From the NCBI GenBank assembly GCA_965204625.1, contig CBDBET010000005.1:112385-176384 (forward strand): a stretch of 64,000 nucleotides of DNA. The letters run 5' to 3'. Below the pieces are notes generated by a model, which saw only the letters and a list, made by a program, of their open reading frames with translations, was not told the DNA's origin and ran no database searches. This stretch comes from Schleiferiaceae bacterium. GTDB taxonomy: Bacteria > Bacteroidota > Bacteroidia > Flavobacteriales > Schleiferiaceae. A program made the translations under genes and the position numbers. Below, piece after piece: positions 50,795 to 60,212 of this stretch. Each line of letters opens with the position of its first letter. Positions within the stretch are counted from its first letter, which is position 1.

Positions 50795-52468
50795 ATGAAC
50801 AAGTTCCTTACCCTAGCTTTACTTTTAACGAGCGTCCTTCCAGCGAGCGTATGTGCGCAAGAAATCCCCATTGATCCGAGCGCTACAAAGCGCATGGAAA
50901 GAGACTTATTTTTCTTGTCGTCAGATGCGCTAAAAGGACGAAAGCCAGGTACACCTGAAGCAGACGTTGCTCGGGACTATATTGTAGGAAAAATGTTGGA
51001 ATACGGTATTGAACCTATGGGCGAAAACGGCTATTTCCAGAAGTTTCCTGTTCCAGAATATGCTGAGGTAAATTATGGATTTACTAAACTATGGATAGGT
51101 AAATCTCATTTAGCAGGTCATGAAGATTTCTATCCGGTTTCCATAAGCGCCACGACGGGCCTTGTAGACGAAAAAACGGTTTATGTTGGCTATGGCATTA
51201 CAACAGAAGATGGAACATATGATGATTTTGAAGGGCTAGAGGTAGAACGTAAAATCGCTGTGATGAACGTAAGTTCTCCGGACGGTATCCATCCACACAG
51301 CGCCTATGCCGCCTACCATAGCTTAAATGAACGTGTAGCCAATCTCATAGAAAAAGGCGCCTCAGGAGTGTTGCTGATCAATCCTGAAGGTACCGCTTCA
51401 GATACGCGAGAATTCTTTAAAAGTATCAACGCTTCTGCAGTACCCGTATTCTTTGTGAGAAACGAAAAATGGGCAGGGAAACTTATGAAACGCACACAGA
51501 AAGTAGCCATGTCGGTGATGATGTCTGAACGCTATAGCGATGGTTACAACGTGGTTGGATACATCCACAACAACAAGCGCAAAACCGTAGTGCTTGGAGC
51601 ACATTACGATCACCTCGGAATGGGAGGCGAAAATAGTTTGTACAAAGGCCCCGCTGCAATTCACAATGGCGCAGACGATAACGGTTCCGGAACAGCCCTT
51701 CTATTGGAGGTAATGCGCTATTATGCTCAACGTAAAGACACGAATTATAATTATTTGATACAATTCTATAGCGCTGAGGAATTGGGCTTGATCGGATCAA
51801 AATATTGGACAAACCATCCCACCTTTCCGCTAAGGGGGATTGAATACATGATTAACAGTGATATGGTGGGTAGATTACGCGATAATCGCCTTCAACTTTC
51901 CGGAACAGGAACTGCCGCAGAATGGGATGGAATTTTAGATACCCCTATTCATGGTCTGGACATTAAAAAAGATCCTGCCGGCGTAGGCCCGTCGGATCAA
52001 ACCTCTTTCTACTACAAAGACTTACCGGTATTGCACCTCTTCACAGGGACCCACAATGACTATCACAAACCCACAGACGATGCCGATAAGATCAATTATA
52101 AAGGCATGGCAAAACTTGCTTCTTTGGTGTATACCATTACTGCGCGTTCAGCGAACTATGAACGTTTGAGCTTTCAGCGAACCACATCTTCCGAACAAAA
52201 AACAACGCCCAACTTCTCTGTGACTTTGGGAGTAATACCCGATTACCTCTTCGGTGGTCCCGGACTCAGAATAGACGGTGCAACAGAAGGCCGTCCTGGT
52301 GCAAATGCAGGCTTACAGGCGGGAGACATCATCCTTCAGATTGGCGATATTACTATCGACGATATTTATGCCTATATGACAGCATTAGGTGCGTTTAAGA
52401 AGGGTGACACGACTTCTATCAGCTATTCGAGGGATGGCGACGTTATTGAATCGGAAATTACATTCTAA
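50795..52468 (+). CDS. secreted M28-family aminopeptidase with PA-like insert and C-terminal PDZ domain
   Basis: 557 aa with a signal peptide and M28 metal ligands context (GAHYDHLG, GADDNGSGTA, SAEELGLIGS, HNDYHKPTD). PDZ-like C-terminus (GANAGLQAGDIILQIGD). Confidence 0.85.
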   Translation: MNKFLTLALLLTSVLPASVCAQEIPIDPSATKRMERDLFFLSSDALKGRKPGTPEADVARDYIVGKMLEYGIEPMGENGYFQKFPVPEYAEVNYGFTKLWIGKSHLAGHEDFYPVSISATTGLVDEKTVYVGYGITTEDGTYDDFEGLEVERKIAVMNVSSPDGIHPHSAYAAYHSLNERVANLIEKGASGVLLINPEGTASDTREFFKSINASAVPVFFVRNEKWAGKLMKRTQKVAMSVMMSERYSDGYNVVGYIHNNKRKTVVLGAHYDHLGMGGENSLYKGPAAIHNGADDNGSGTALLLEVMRYYAQRKDTNYNYLIQFYSAEELGLIGSKYWTNHPTFPLRGIEYMINSDMVGRLRDNRLQLSGTGTAAEWDGILDTPIHGLDIKKDPAGVGPSDQTSFYYKDLPVLHLFTGTHNDYHKPTDDADKINYKGMAKLASLVYTITARSANYERLSFQRTTSSEQKTTPNFSVTLGVIPDYLFGGPGLRIDGATEGRPGANAGLQAGDIILQIGDITIDDIYAYMTALGAFKKGDTTSISYSRDGDVIESEITF

Positions 52469-53478
52469 TGGAAGTTCAATCTGAAATATACCCGAAAGTA
52501 GCGGTTATAGGTGGGGGCTCTTTTGGAACTGCCATAGTAAAAATGGTAAGTGAAAACACAGGTCTTTGCCACTGGTGGATGCATAATGAAGAGAGTGCGG
52601 CACATATTCGGGAGTATCACCATAATCCACGTTACCTCTCTTCGGTAGCTTTTGATAAGGGAAGTGTAGAGATCTTTACGGATATTAATTCCGCTATAGC
52701 AGGTTGTGATATTGTCATCTTCGCCGTTCCAAGCGCCTTTGTTAAAGAGGTGTTGTCGAATATGAATACAGGTGCGCTTGATGGAAAACTGGTGTGTTCG
52801 ACCATAAAGGGCATTATTCCAGATGAGAACATGATTGTTGGAGAATATCTTCGAGAAGTAGTTGGCGTGCCGGAAGATCACATTGTGGTCATTACTGGCC
52901 CTTGTCATGCAGAAGAAATAGCACTGGAGCGTTTAAGTTTTCTGACAGTTGCGGCTTTAGACGCAAGCGTATCTAAAAAGGTAGCAAGCGTTTTACAGAG
53001 TCACTACGTAAGATGCACGCTCAGCAAGGACATCTACGGTACAGAATATGCCGCGGTAATGAAGAACATCTATGCTATCGCGGCAGGGATGTGCCACGGT
53101 TTAGGTTACGGAGATAATTTTCAAGCGGTACTTATTTCGAATGCAGCGCGCGAGATGCGCCGCTTCATGAAGAGTACGTGCGAAGGCCGTATCAACATAA
53201 AGAAAAGCGCTTATCTGGGCGATTTATTAGTGACCTGTTACAGCCAATTTTCTAGAAACCGAATGCTTGGGAACATGCTCGGTAAAGGCTATACCGTCAA
53301 AAGCGCAAAAGCTGAGATGACCATGGTTGCTGAGGGCTATTATGCCGCCGCCTTGGTGGCAAAAATTCGTAAAAAGCAGGAGGTTAGAATGCCTATTGTC
53401 AAAGCCGTTTATGAGGTGATGTATGAAGGAAAATCTGCGAAAAAGACCATGGCGAAATTAGCCCAAAAATTAACCTAA
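52468..53478 (+). CDS. gpsA: NAD(P)H-dependent glycerol-3-phosphate dehydrogenase
   Basis: 336 aa. VAVIGGGSFGTAI Rossmann motif, KGI..., NRMLG and EGYYA motifs. 1-nt TAATG overlap with the upstream gene. Confidence 0.93.
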   Translation: MEVQSEIYPKVAVIGGGSFGTAIVKMVSENTGLCHWWMHNEESAAHIREYHHNPRYLSSVAFDKGSVEIFTDINSAIAGCDIVIFAVPSAFVKEVLSNMNTGALDGKLVCSTIKGIIPDENMIVGEYLREVVGVPEDHIVVITGPCHAEEIALERLSFLTVAALDASVSKKVASVLQSHYVRCTLSKDIYGTEYAAVMKNIYAIAAGMCHGLGYGDNFQAVLISNAAREMRRFMKSTCEGRINIKKSAYLGDLLVTCYSQFSRNRMLGNMLGKGYTVKSAKAEMTMVAEGYYAAALVAKIRKKQEVRMPIVKAVYEVMYEGKSAKKTMAKLAQKLT

Positions 53479-53527
53479 GGCTACGCAAACTTACACAGTG
53501 GCATTGCGTTAGTACAGTAGACTCACG

Positions 53528-54274
53528 ATGATAATGACTAAAGTTTTCAAGACCTTACTTCTGCTATGTTTTACTTCGGCACTAACTGCGCAGAACCCCA
53601 GTTCTATTCTCCAAAAAGCAGAAGCTAAATTATCGGGTGCAGATCTCTCTGCTGAGGTCAGTATTCGTACCGTCCGCCCTCGCTGGGAACGCACGATGGA
53701 AGCGAAAATTTGGAATCAGGGATTAGATAAAACCATGATTTTAATCACCGGACCGGCGCGTGAAAAAGGAACCGTATTTCTTCGCAACGGTGAAGACGTT
53801 TGGCATTTTGTGCCGGGCATCAAAAAAATTGTTGCGCTACCGGCGGCAATGGTACAGAGCTGGATGGGTACAGATTTCACGAATGATGCGTTGATTAATG
53901 CCGGTTCGTTGGTGGAAGATTACACCCCGAGCTTACTAGGTATAACGTCTGTGAATGGTACGAATTGCTTTAAAATTGCACTGACGCCTAAGGCAGATGC
54001 TGCAGTAGTTTGGGGCCAGGTGGTGACTTTCGTATCTGTGGACGAATTTCTCCAATTACGTACAGAATTTTACGATGAAGACGAATACCTAATCACCACG
54101 CTCGAAGCGACTGAAATCAAATCTTTTGGTGGTAGAACATTGCCTTCAGTATTACGAATTACCCCAGCTGAGGAAGAGGGAAAATTTACCGAAATGACTT
54201 ACAAGGCGCTCAACTTTAATCCGACTTTTGAAGAAGGATTTTTCGAGCGCAGTAACATGAAACGGGTCGAATAA
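53528..54274 (+). CDS. LolA-like 'outer-membrane lipoprotein-sorting' family periplasmic protein
   Basis: 248 aa with a signal peptide (LLLLCFTSALTAQ). Pattern ...ILITGPAREKGTVFLRNGEDVWHFVPGIKKIV...SWMGTDFTNDAL is typical of LolA-like proteins found next to FtsX-type permeases (from memory). Confidence 0.6.
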   Translation: MIMTKVFKTLLLLCFTSALTAQNPSSILQKAEAKLSGADLSAEVSIRTVRPRWERTMEAKIWNQGLDKTMILITGPAREKGTVFLRNGEDVWHFVPGIKKIVALPAAMVQSWMGTDFTNDALINAGSLVEDYTPSLLGITSVNGTNCFKIALTPKADAAVVWGQVVTFVSVDEFLQLRTEFYDEDEYLITTLEATEIKSFGGRTLPSVLRITPAEEEGKFTEMTYKALNFNPTFEEGFFERSNMKRVE

Positions 54275-55485
54275 TGTTCAAACTAGCCTGGCGTAACATT
54301 TGGCGTAACAAAGGAAGAAGTATCATCACCATAGCGGCAGTTATGTTTTGTGTGATTTTCGCTGTAGTACTTCGCAGCTTTCAAGTGGGTGTGTGGGAAC
54401 ATATGGTCAGTGATATTGTTGCAAACAACTTTGGCTATTTACAAGTGCATCAAAAAGGATTTTGGGGAGACCAGAGTCTGGATTTGAGTATGGACGAGAC
54501 AACATTAGACTGGGACGCAATGGAAAATGTACCCGGTGTTCGTTCGCTCGTACCCAGGTTGGAGAGTTTTTCTTTAGTGAGCACGGGTGAAAGTAATAGG
54601 GGCAGTTTGGTGCTGGGTATTCGTCCGGAGGAAGAATTGTCCGGCTTGCGCCTTACGGACCAATTGATTGACGGCCGCCTCTTCGCACCTGCCTCTAATG
54701 AGGTAGTTGTTTCAGAGGGACTTGCAGAATATTTACACGTGGCGGTTGGAGATTCTCTTATGTTTTTGGGACAAGGTTATCGCGGGGCAAGCGCCTACGG
54801 CCAGTTCATGGTCGCTGGGGTTGCCAAAATATCGAATCCTGAACTCAATAAACAGCTCGTTGTATTGCCACTGGAGACGGCGCAGTGGATGTACAACGCC
54901 TCTGGGCTTTTAACGACAGTAGTAGTAGATTTAGAACCCAATGCGGATTTCGCTGAAGTCAAAGCGTCAATTGAGCCACTACTAAGCTCAGATTTTGAAT
55001 TGTTAGACTGGGAACAATTGTTTCCAGAATTGGTCCAAACTATTGAAGCAGATATGGCCGGAGGTCAAATTTTTGTAACCATTCTTTACTTCATTATATC
55101 CTTCGTTTTGCTCGGGACAGTCATCATGATGGTAAGCGAGCGGGAACGTGAGTTTGGCATTTTGGTGAGTATAGGCATGCGTAAAACAACGTTGGCTGCG
55201 GTAACGGTTTTGGAAAATTTAATGCTACTCGTTGGTGGTGCGGTAGTGGGAATGGCCGCGGTTAAACCGGTCCAATTTTACTTTAAATACAACCCCATCG
55301 ATCTAAGTGGGCAGATGAAGGAAGCCATTGAACAATTCGATTTTGAACCTAAACTTTATACCACCACCTCATTCATTATTAATTTGAATCATGGCGCGAT
55401 CGTCTTCGTTATCGGTGTGTTAGTAAGCAGTTATGCTGTGTGGAAAATCATGAAGTTGAACCCGGTTAAAAGTATGCGCGCATGA
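54274..55485 (+). CDS. MacB/FtsX-type ABC transporter permease 1
   Basis: 403 aa, N-terminal LAWRNIWRNKGRS. Layout is TM1, a large periplasmic domain, then three C-terminal TMs. Confidence 0.88.
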   Translation: MFKLAWRNIWRNKGRSIITIAAVMFCVIFAVVLRSFQVGVWEHMVSDIVANNFGYLQVHQKGFWGDQSLDLSMDETTLDWDAMENVPGVRSLVPRLESFSLVSTGESNRGSLVLGIRPEEELSGLRLTDQLIDGRLFAPASNEVVVSEGLAEYLHVAVGDSLMFLGQGYRGASAYGQFMVAGVAKISNPELNKQLVVLPLETAQWMYNASGLLTTVVVDLEPNADFAEVKASIEPLLSSDFELLDWEQLFPELVQTIEADMAGGQIFVTILYFIISFVLLGTVIMMVSEREREFGILVSIGMRKTTLAAVTVLENLMLLVGGAVVGMAAVKPVQFYFKYNPIDLSGQMKEAIEQFDFEPKLYTTTSFIINLNHGAIVFVIGVLVSSYAVWKIMKLNPVKSMRA

Positions 55486-56705
55486 TTTTGAAAGTGGCTT
55501 GGCGAAATATCTGGCGTGCGAAGGTGCGCTCCTTTATTGTTATTGGGTCCATTGCGACAGGAATTTGGGCGGGTTTACTCATCATAGGTTTCTCTTTTGG
55601 AATGAATAATGAGCGCACGGCATCCGCCATTGGAACGACTACCGGACATGCGCAGATTCACCATGAAGATTTTGATGCCGAACCGTTATCCAATGCCGTG
55701 GTCGCGGATTCCTCAGCAGTAGTTGCCCTGCGTAAAAGCGTAGAAGCTTTGCCGTTTGTAAGTGGCACTGCACAACGTACGGTATTAGGAGGAATGATCA
55801 ATTCTACCAAAAGTGCCCGGGCAGTCCGGATTATGGGCATTTGGCCAGAAGAAGAGCGCCTTCAAACGACTTTGGCCGACTACATGGTAGAAGGCGATTT
55901 CTTTGAAGCTACTGGTCGCAATCGACTAGTAATCGGCGAAAAATTAGCAAAACGATTGGGATTAAAGTTACGAAGCAAAGTAGTCCTGACTTTTCAAGAT
56001 TCGGAAGGGAATCTTAACAGAGCCTCGTTTCGAATTTCAGGGATCTATAAAACGTTGAATGCCACTTGGGATGAGTTTCACTTGTACGTGCATCACGAGG
56101 ATTTAGAAAAATCTTTAGGCACTCCATTAGTACACGAGGTATTGGTACGTTTTCAGGAGACTGTGGATACCGAAGAAAAAGCGGGTGCGTTGGCAGCTGC
56201 CATGCCTGCAGGATTAGCGGTGAAGTCCTGGAAACAGGTGCGTCCAGAACTGGGCTTTGCGGATGATATGATGGCCATCATGCTCGTATTGGTTTTAGGT
56301 ATAATCATGATGGCACTTCTTTTTGGGATTATCAACAACATGCTTATGGCCATATTGGAACGCCGCAGAGAACTGGGCATGCTCATGGCTGTTGGAATGA
56401 ATAAGCGCAAGCTTTTCTTAATGATCCTGGTTGAAACATTGATGTTGGGGTTCGTTGGCGGTCCTATCGGGATCATTCTTGGCGATTTGAGTACGCGAGC
56501 AATGATGCGCATTGGTATAGATTTATCCAGTAAGCAGGAAGGCTTGGCAGAATTGGGCGTACAAAGTCTAATTTATCCTGAAATCGTTCCCAGCTATTAC
56601 CTCATTATTGCTGTAATGGTAATAACAACGGCTTTGATTGCCTCCATTTTACCCGCAATTAAAGCGCTTAAATTGAATCCAGTAGAAGCCATTCGTGGTC
56701 ATTAA
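55482..56705 (+). CDS. MacB/FtsX-type ABC transporter permease 2
   Basis: 407 aa, VAWRNIWRAKVRS. Same topology as permease 1, with a 4-nt ATGA overlap to it. Confidence 0.88.
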   Translation: MILKVAWRNIWRAKVRSFIVIGSIATGIWAGLLIIGFSFGMNNERTASAIGTTTGHAQIHHEDFDAEPLSNAVVADSSAVVALRKSVEALPFVSGTAQRTVLGGMINSTKSARAVRIMGIWPEEERLQTTLADYMVEGDFFEATGRNRLVIGEKLAKRLGLKLRSKVVLTFQDSEGNLNRASFRISGIYKTLNATWDEFHLYVHHEDLEKSLGTPLVHEVLVRFQETVDTEEKAGALAAAMPAGLAVKSWKQVRPELGFADDMMAIMLVLVLGIIMMALLFGIINNMLMAILERRRELGMLMAVGMNKRKLFLMILVETLMLGFVGGPIGIILGDLSTRAMMRIGIDLSSKQEGLAELGVQSLIYPEIVPSYYLIIAVMVITTALIASILPAIKALKLNPVEAIRGH

Positions 56706-56708
56706 GTT

Positions 56709-57389
56709 ATGAGTAAACCTGTTATCGAAGTAAAAAACCTAGAAAAGGTCTATGATGGTGCTGTTCCTGTTCACGCCGTCAACGGCATTAGCCTTACCAT
56801 AACGCAAGGCGAGTTTACGGCGCTTAAGGGGCCGTCGGGCTGTGGGAAAACTACCTTGCTTAATATGCTCGGGGGGCTCGACCAGCCAACGGCAGGATCC
56901 ATTGCTATTGGAGGGGTGGACATTACCACGTTGAGTGAAAATGCATTGATCGACTTTAGATTGCGCAATATTGGGTTTGTCTTTCAAGCCTACAACCTGA
57001 TTCCAGTACTTTCTGCCCAGGAGAATGTAAGTTTTATTATGCTTCTGCAAGACCGACCGAAGGAGGAACGCGAAGCACGCGCGCAACAATTACTCGAAGC
57101 AGTTGGACTGAAGGGAAAGGAAGATAAAAGGCCAGGCCAGCTTTCAGGCGGCCAACAGCAGCGCGTTGCCGTTGCCAGAGCATTGGCTTCGAAACCTCAA
57201 TTTGTGTTGGCCGATGAACCTACAGCAAATCTTGATTCGCAGAGTACGGCGAACCTATTAGATATTATGGAGCGGTTGAATAAAGAGGAGGGTATGACCT
57301 TTGTTTTTGCAACCCATGACGATCGTGTGATTAAAAAAGCACGTCGAATCATAAGCATCGAAGATGGTAAAGTCCTCAGCGACGACTAA
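56709..57389 (+). CDS. ABC transporter ATP-binding protein (LolD/MacB-NBD-like)
   Basis: 226 aa with Walker [10 protein letters not shown], signature [15 protein letters not shown], and Walker B FVLADEPT. Confidence 0.95.
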   Translation: MSKPVIEVKNLEKVYDGAVPVHAVNGISLTITQGEFTALKGPSGCGKTTLLNMLGGLDQPTAGSIAIGGVDITTLSENALIDFRLRNIGFVFQAYNLIPVLSAQENVSFIMLLQDRPKEEREARAQQLLEAVGLKGKEDKRPGQLSGGQQQRVAVARALASKPQFVLADEPTANLDSQSTANLLDIMERLNKEEGMTFVFATHDDRVIKKARRIISIEDGKVLSDD

Positions 57390-57406
57390 AGCCTTATTTT
57401 AGGGTC

Positions 57407-58069
57407 ATGGAACCTAAATTTCGACCATATACACCTTGGCCTTCATCTGATAAGGATGCCCATGCATTGTTTGAAAACTTTGAAACGGCACTTCAGACCA
57501 GACGCAGCCTGCGTATGTATAGCAAAAAGCAAGTCTCTCGAACGACTGTAGAACGTCTTATCAGCTTAGCGGCTTCCGCGCCTTCAGGAGCAAACAAACA
57601 GCCTTGGCATTTTGTCGCAGTACAAAATCCGGAGGTAAAGAGAAAAATACGTGAGGCTGCGGAAGAGGAAGAAAAAGCTTTCTACGGAGGCCGTGCAACA
57701 GAAGAATGGCTCCAGGATCTCAAGCCATTTGCTACTGATTGGGAAAAACCATTTTTAGAGGATGCGCCCTGGCTCATCGTAGTTTTCCGAAAGAATTACG
57801 ATGTGGAAGCTAACGGTTCGAAAGCGAAGAATTATTACGTGCAAGAGAGCGTAGGCATTGCATGTGGATTCTTAATAGCCGCCATACACGCTGCAGGATT
57901 AGTCACCTTGACTCACACACCATCCCCAATGGGATTTCTCTCTGAAATATTGGGCCGTCCCTCAAATGAAAAACCCTTTTTACTTTTACCCGTGGGGTAT
58001 CCTGCCGATGGTGCAGAGGTGCCAGACATTTCTAAGAAAGGTTTAGACGATATCAGTGATTTTATCTGA
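57407..58069 (+). CDS. nitroreductase-superfamily flavoprotein, iodotyrosine deiodinase (IYD)-like
   Basis: 220 aa. Collinear similarity to my recollection of animal IYD across the whole catalytic domain (RRSLRMY.., [36 protein letters not shown].., [17 protein letters not shown].., [31 protein letters not shown].., [16 protein letters not shown]). Confidence 0.75.
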   Translation: [220 protein letters not shown]

Positions 58070-58092
58070 CCTTTGTAGAAAATAACACCGCT

Positions 58093-58419
58093 ATGTTTGA
58101 AGGAACGTCTGTACAATTTGTCGTAGATTCTGATGAGGTTCGTCAGGAGCTCAAAGCAGCTCAATTGAATTGGCCTATTGTAAAGATTTTAGGTCAAGAG
58201 GATGAAGAAGAAAAAGATCCTGAAGACATGAGCGTAAGTGGCGAGGGCGTTGCCATTTATATTGATAGTATCGAAGTGATTCTCAAAGAGCGCATCGAAA
58301 AGGCGAAGGAAATCGTTGCTACGGTAGCACGAATGATTCAATATTTCAACGAACGCGACGAAACCGCCGTGCTTTTCTTTCACGTCAGCTGGGAGACCTA
58401 TTTGATCGACGAAAAATAG
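58093..58419 (+). CDS. small acidic hypothetical protein
   Basis: 108-aa ORF starting 23 nt after the IYD-like gene on the same strand. No family recognised. Its 3' end overlaps the uvrC 3' end by 22 nt. Confidence 0.4.
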   Translation: MFEGTSVQFVVDSDEVRQELKAAQLNWPIVKILGQEDEEEKDPEDMSVSGEGVAIYIDSIEVILKERIEKAKEIVATVARMIQYFNERDETAVLFFHVSWETYLIDEK

Positions 58420-60200
58420 GAAGTAAGAATCCCTGCTTTTGAGTGACCTACGACCTCCTGCAATTGCTCAGGAGTAGCCGCTTTAATGTTCTTAACGCTT
58501 TTAAAAACCTTGATAAGGTCTTTGATGGTTTCCGGACCTATCCCTTTAATCCCTTCTAGCTCACTTTTAAACGCACCCTTGCTTCGGCGTGAACGGTGGT
58601 GATTTAAGCTGAACCGGTGTGCTTCATCCCGAGCTTGCTGAATGATCTTCAAGGTTTCTGAACGTTTGTCTAAATGCAAAGGATATGGATCTCCAGGGAA
58701 ATAGAGTTCTTCCAGCCTTTTTGCAATTCCAATGATGGTGATTTTCCCGCGAAGTCCTAGTCGCTCTAAAGCTTTAAGTGCAGCGCCTAACTGACCTTTA
58801 CCTCCATCAATCACAATAAGCTGCGGCAATGATTCACCTTCTTCTTGAAGTCGACGGTATCTGCGGTGCACCACTTCTTCCATGGAAGCATAGTCGTCTG
58901 GACCTTCTACCGTTTTGATGTTGAATTTTCGGTAGTCCTTTTTTGAAGGCTTACCGTCTTTAAAAACCACACAAGCACTTGCTGGATTTGTCCCTTGGAT
59001 ATTCGAATTATCGAAACACTCAATATGTCTCGGTTCAACAGGCATGCGCAAGTCTTGCTTCATTTGCGTCATAATGCGTTTCACATGACGGTCGGGGTCA
59101 ACAATCTGAATATTCTTCAGTTTTTCTTGACGGAAATACATGGCATTTTTAATGCTCAATTCAATGAGTTTACGTTTTTCACCTTTCTGCGGAACGGTAA
59201 ATGTGCTTCCCTCTATGAGCAGATTAACCGGATGCGAAGTATAGATTAGACGCGAGGTAGAGCCAAAGAGAGAGCGGATTTCAGGAATTGCGATATGAAG
59301 AAAATCCTGCGGCTCTTCTTCCAATTTTTTCTTGATTTCTACGGTATAACTCTGGACAATGGCTCCTTCAATAACCTGCAAGTAGTTCACGTAACCAAAC
59401 TCAGCGTCCATACTAACACTATACACGTCGATATTGGTGAGTTGATTACTTACCACTGTACTCTTTGCGGCATATTTTTCTAATGCGTCCAATTTCTCCT
59501 TGCATAATTGCGCTTGCTCAAATTCTAAAGCTTCGGCATGATTCATCATGCGCCCCTTTAAATGCTTTTTAACGGCACTTAGCTGCCCTTTGATAATATT
59601 ACGTGCGGCGCTTACATCCGCCTCATATTCCTCTTCCGTTTGCAATGCTTCACAAGGGGCTTTACAATTTCCAATATGATACTCAAGGCAAATTTTGAAT
59701 TTCCCTTTTTCAATATTTTCCTCGCTCAGATTGTATTTACAGGTACGGGTCGGATACATCTGACGGATCAGCTCAAGAACCGCCTTCATGGCCTTTACAT
59801 TCGGGTAAGGCCCATAGTATTCACTCCCATCTCTGATAATATTGCGTAGTCCATAAATACGAGGAAACCGTTCTCGACGTATGGTAATGTAGGGGTAACT
59901 TTTATCGTCTTTAAGGTTGATATTGTAACGAGGCTGGTGCTCTTTTATGAGGTTGTTTTCTAGCAGAAGTGCATCTCCTTCTGAATCTGTGACGATCACC
60001 TTTATATCCGCTACTTTCTTTACCATAACGGCGATGCGCGCGCTAGTCACACTTTTCGTAAAGTAAGAGCTCACACGCTTTTTGAGATCTTTAGCTTTTC
60101 CGATGTAGAGAATATTGCCGGCTTTATCCATGTGCTGATACACCCCCGGTTTGTTCGGAAGGGTTTTCAGCAAATTCGTGATGTGGATACTGTCAGCCAT
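58398..60200 (-). CDS. uvrC: excinuclease ABC subunit C
   Basis: 600 aa with GIY-YIG (PGVYQHMDKAGNILYIGKAKDLKKRVSSY), the UvrBC region, the endonuclease domain and a C-terminal (HhH)2. Confidence 0.97.
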   Translation of the reverse strand: MADSIHITNLLKTLPNKPGVYQHMDKAGNILYIGKAKDLKKRVSSYFTKSVTSARIAVMVKKVADIKVIVTDSEGDALLLENNLIKEHQPRYNINLKDDKSYPYITIRRERFPRIYGLRNIIRDGSEYYGPYPNVKAMKAVLELIRQMYPTRTCKYNLSEENIEKGKFKICLEYHIGNCKAPCEALQTEEEYEADVSAARNIIKGQLSAVKKHLKGRMMNHAEALEFEQAQLCKEKLDALEKYAAKSTVVSNQLTNIDVYSVSMDAEFGYVNYLQVIEGAIVQSYTVEIKKKLEEEPQDFLHIAIPEIRSLFGSTSRLIYTSHPVNLLIEGSTFTVPQKGEKRKLIELSIKNAMYFRQEKLKNIQIVDPDRHVKRIMTQMKQDLRMPVEPRHIECFDNSNIQGTNPASACVVFKDGKPSKKDYRKFNIKTVEGPDDYASMEEVVHRRYRRLQEEGESLPQLIVIDGGKGQLGAALKALERLGLRGKITIIGIAKRLEELYFPGDPYPLHLDKRSETLKIIQQARDEAHRFSLNHHRSRRSKGAFKSELEGIKGIGPETIKDLIKVFKSVKNIKAATPEQLQEVVGHSKAGILTSYFSSIK

Positions 60201-60204
60201 GCTT

Positions 60205-60212
60205 CAAAGATA
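60205..60212 (-). promoter_or_regulatory. candidate -7 box (TAnnTTTG) abutting the uvrC start codon
   Basis: Minus-strand TATCTTTG, fused to the T-run of the upstream terminator. Only 4 nt separate it from the uvrC ATG. Confidence 0.3.

Noticed and set aside
52465-52908. 147-aa minus-strand ORF antisense to the 5' end of gpsA.
   Set aside because: It fully overlaps a well-supported gpsA reading frame. Its translation is Asn/Ile/Tyr/Phe/Arg-rich with no motifs. Such ORFs are typical on the opposite strand of AT-rich codons.
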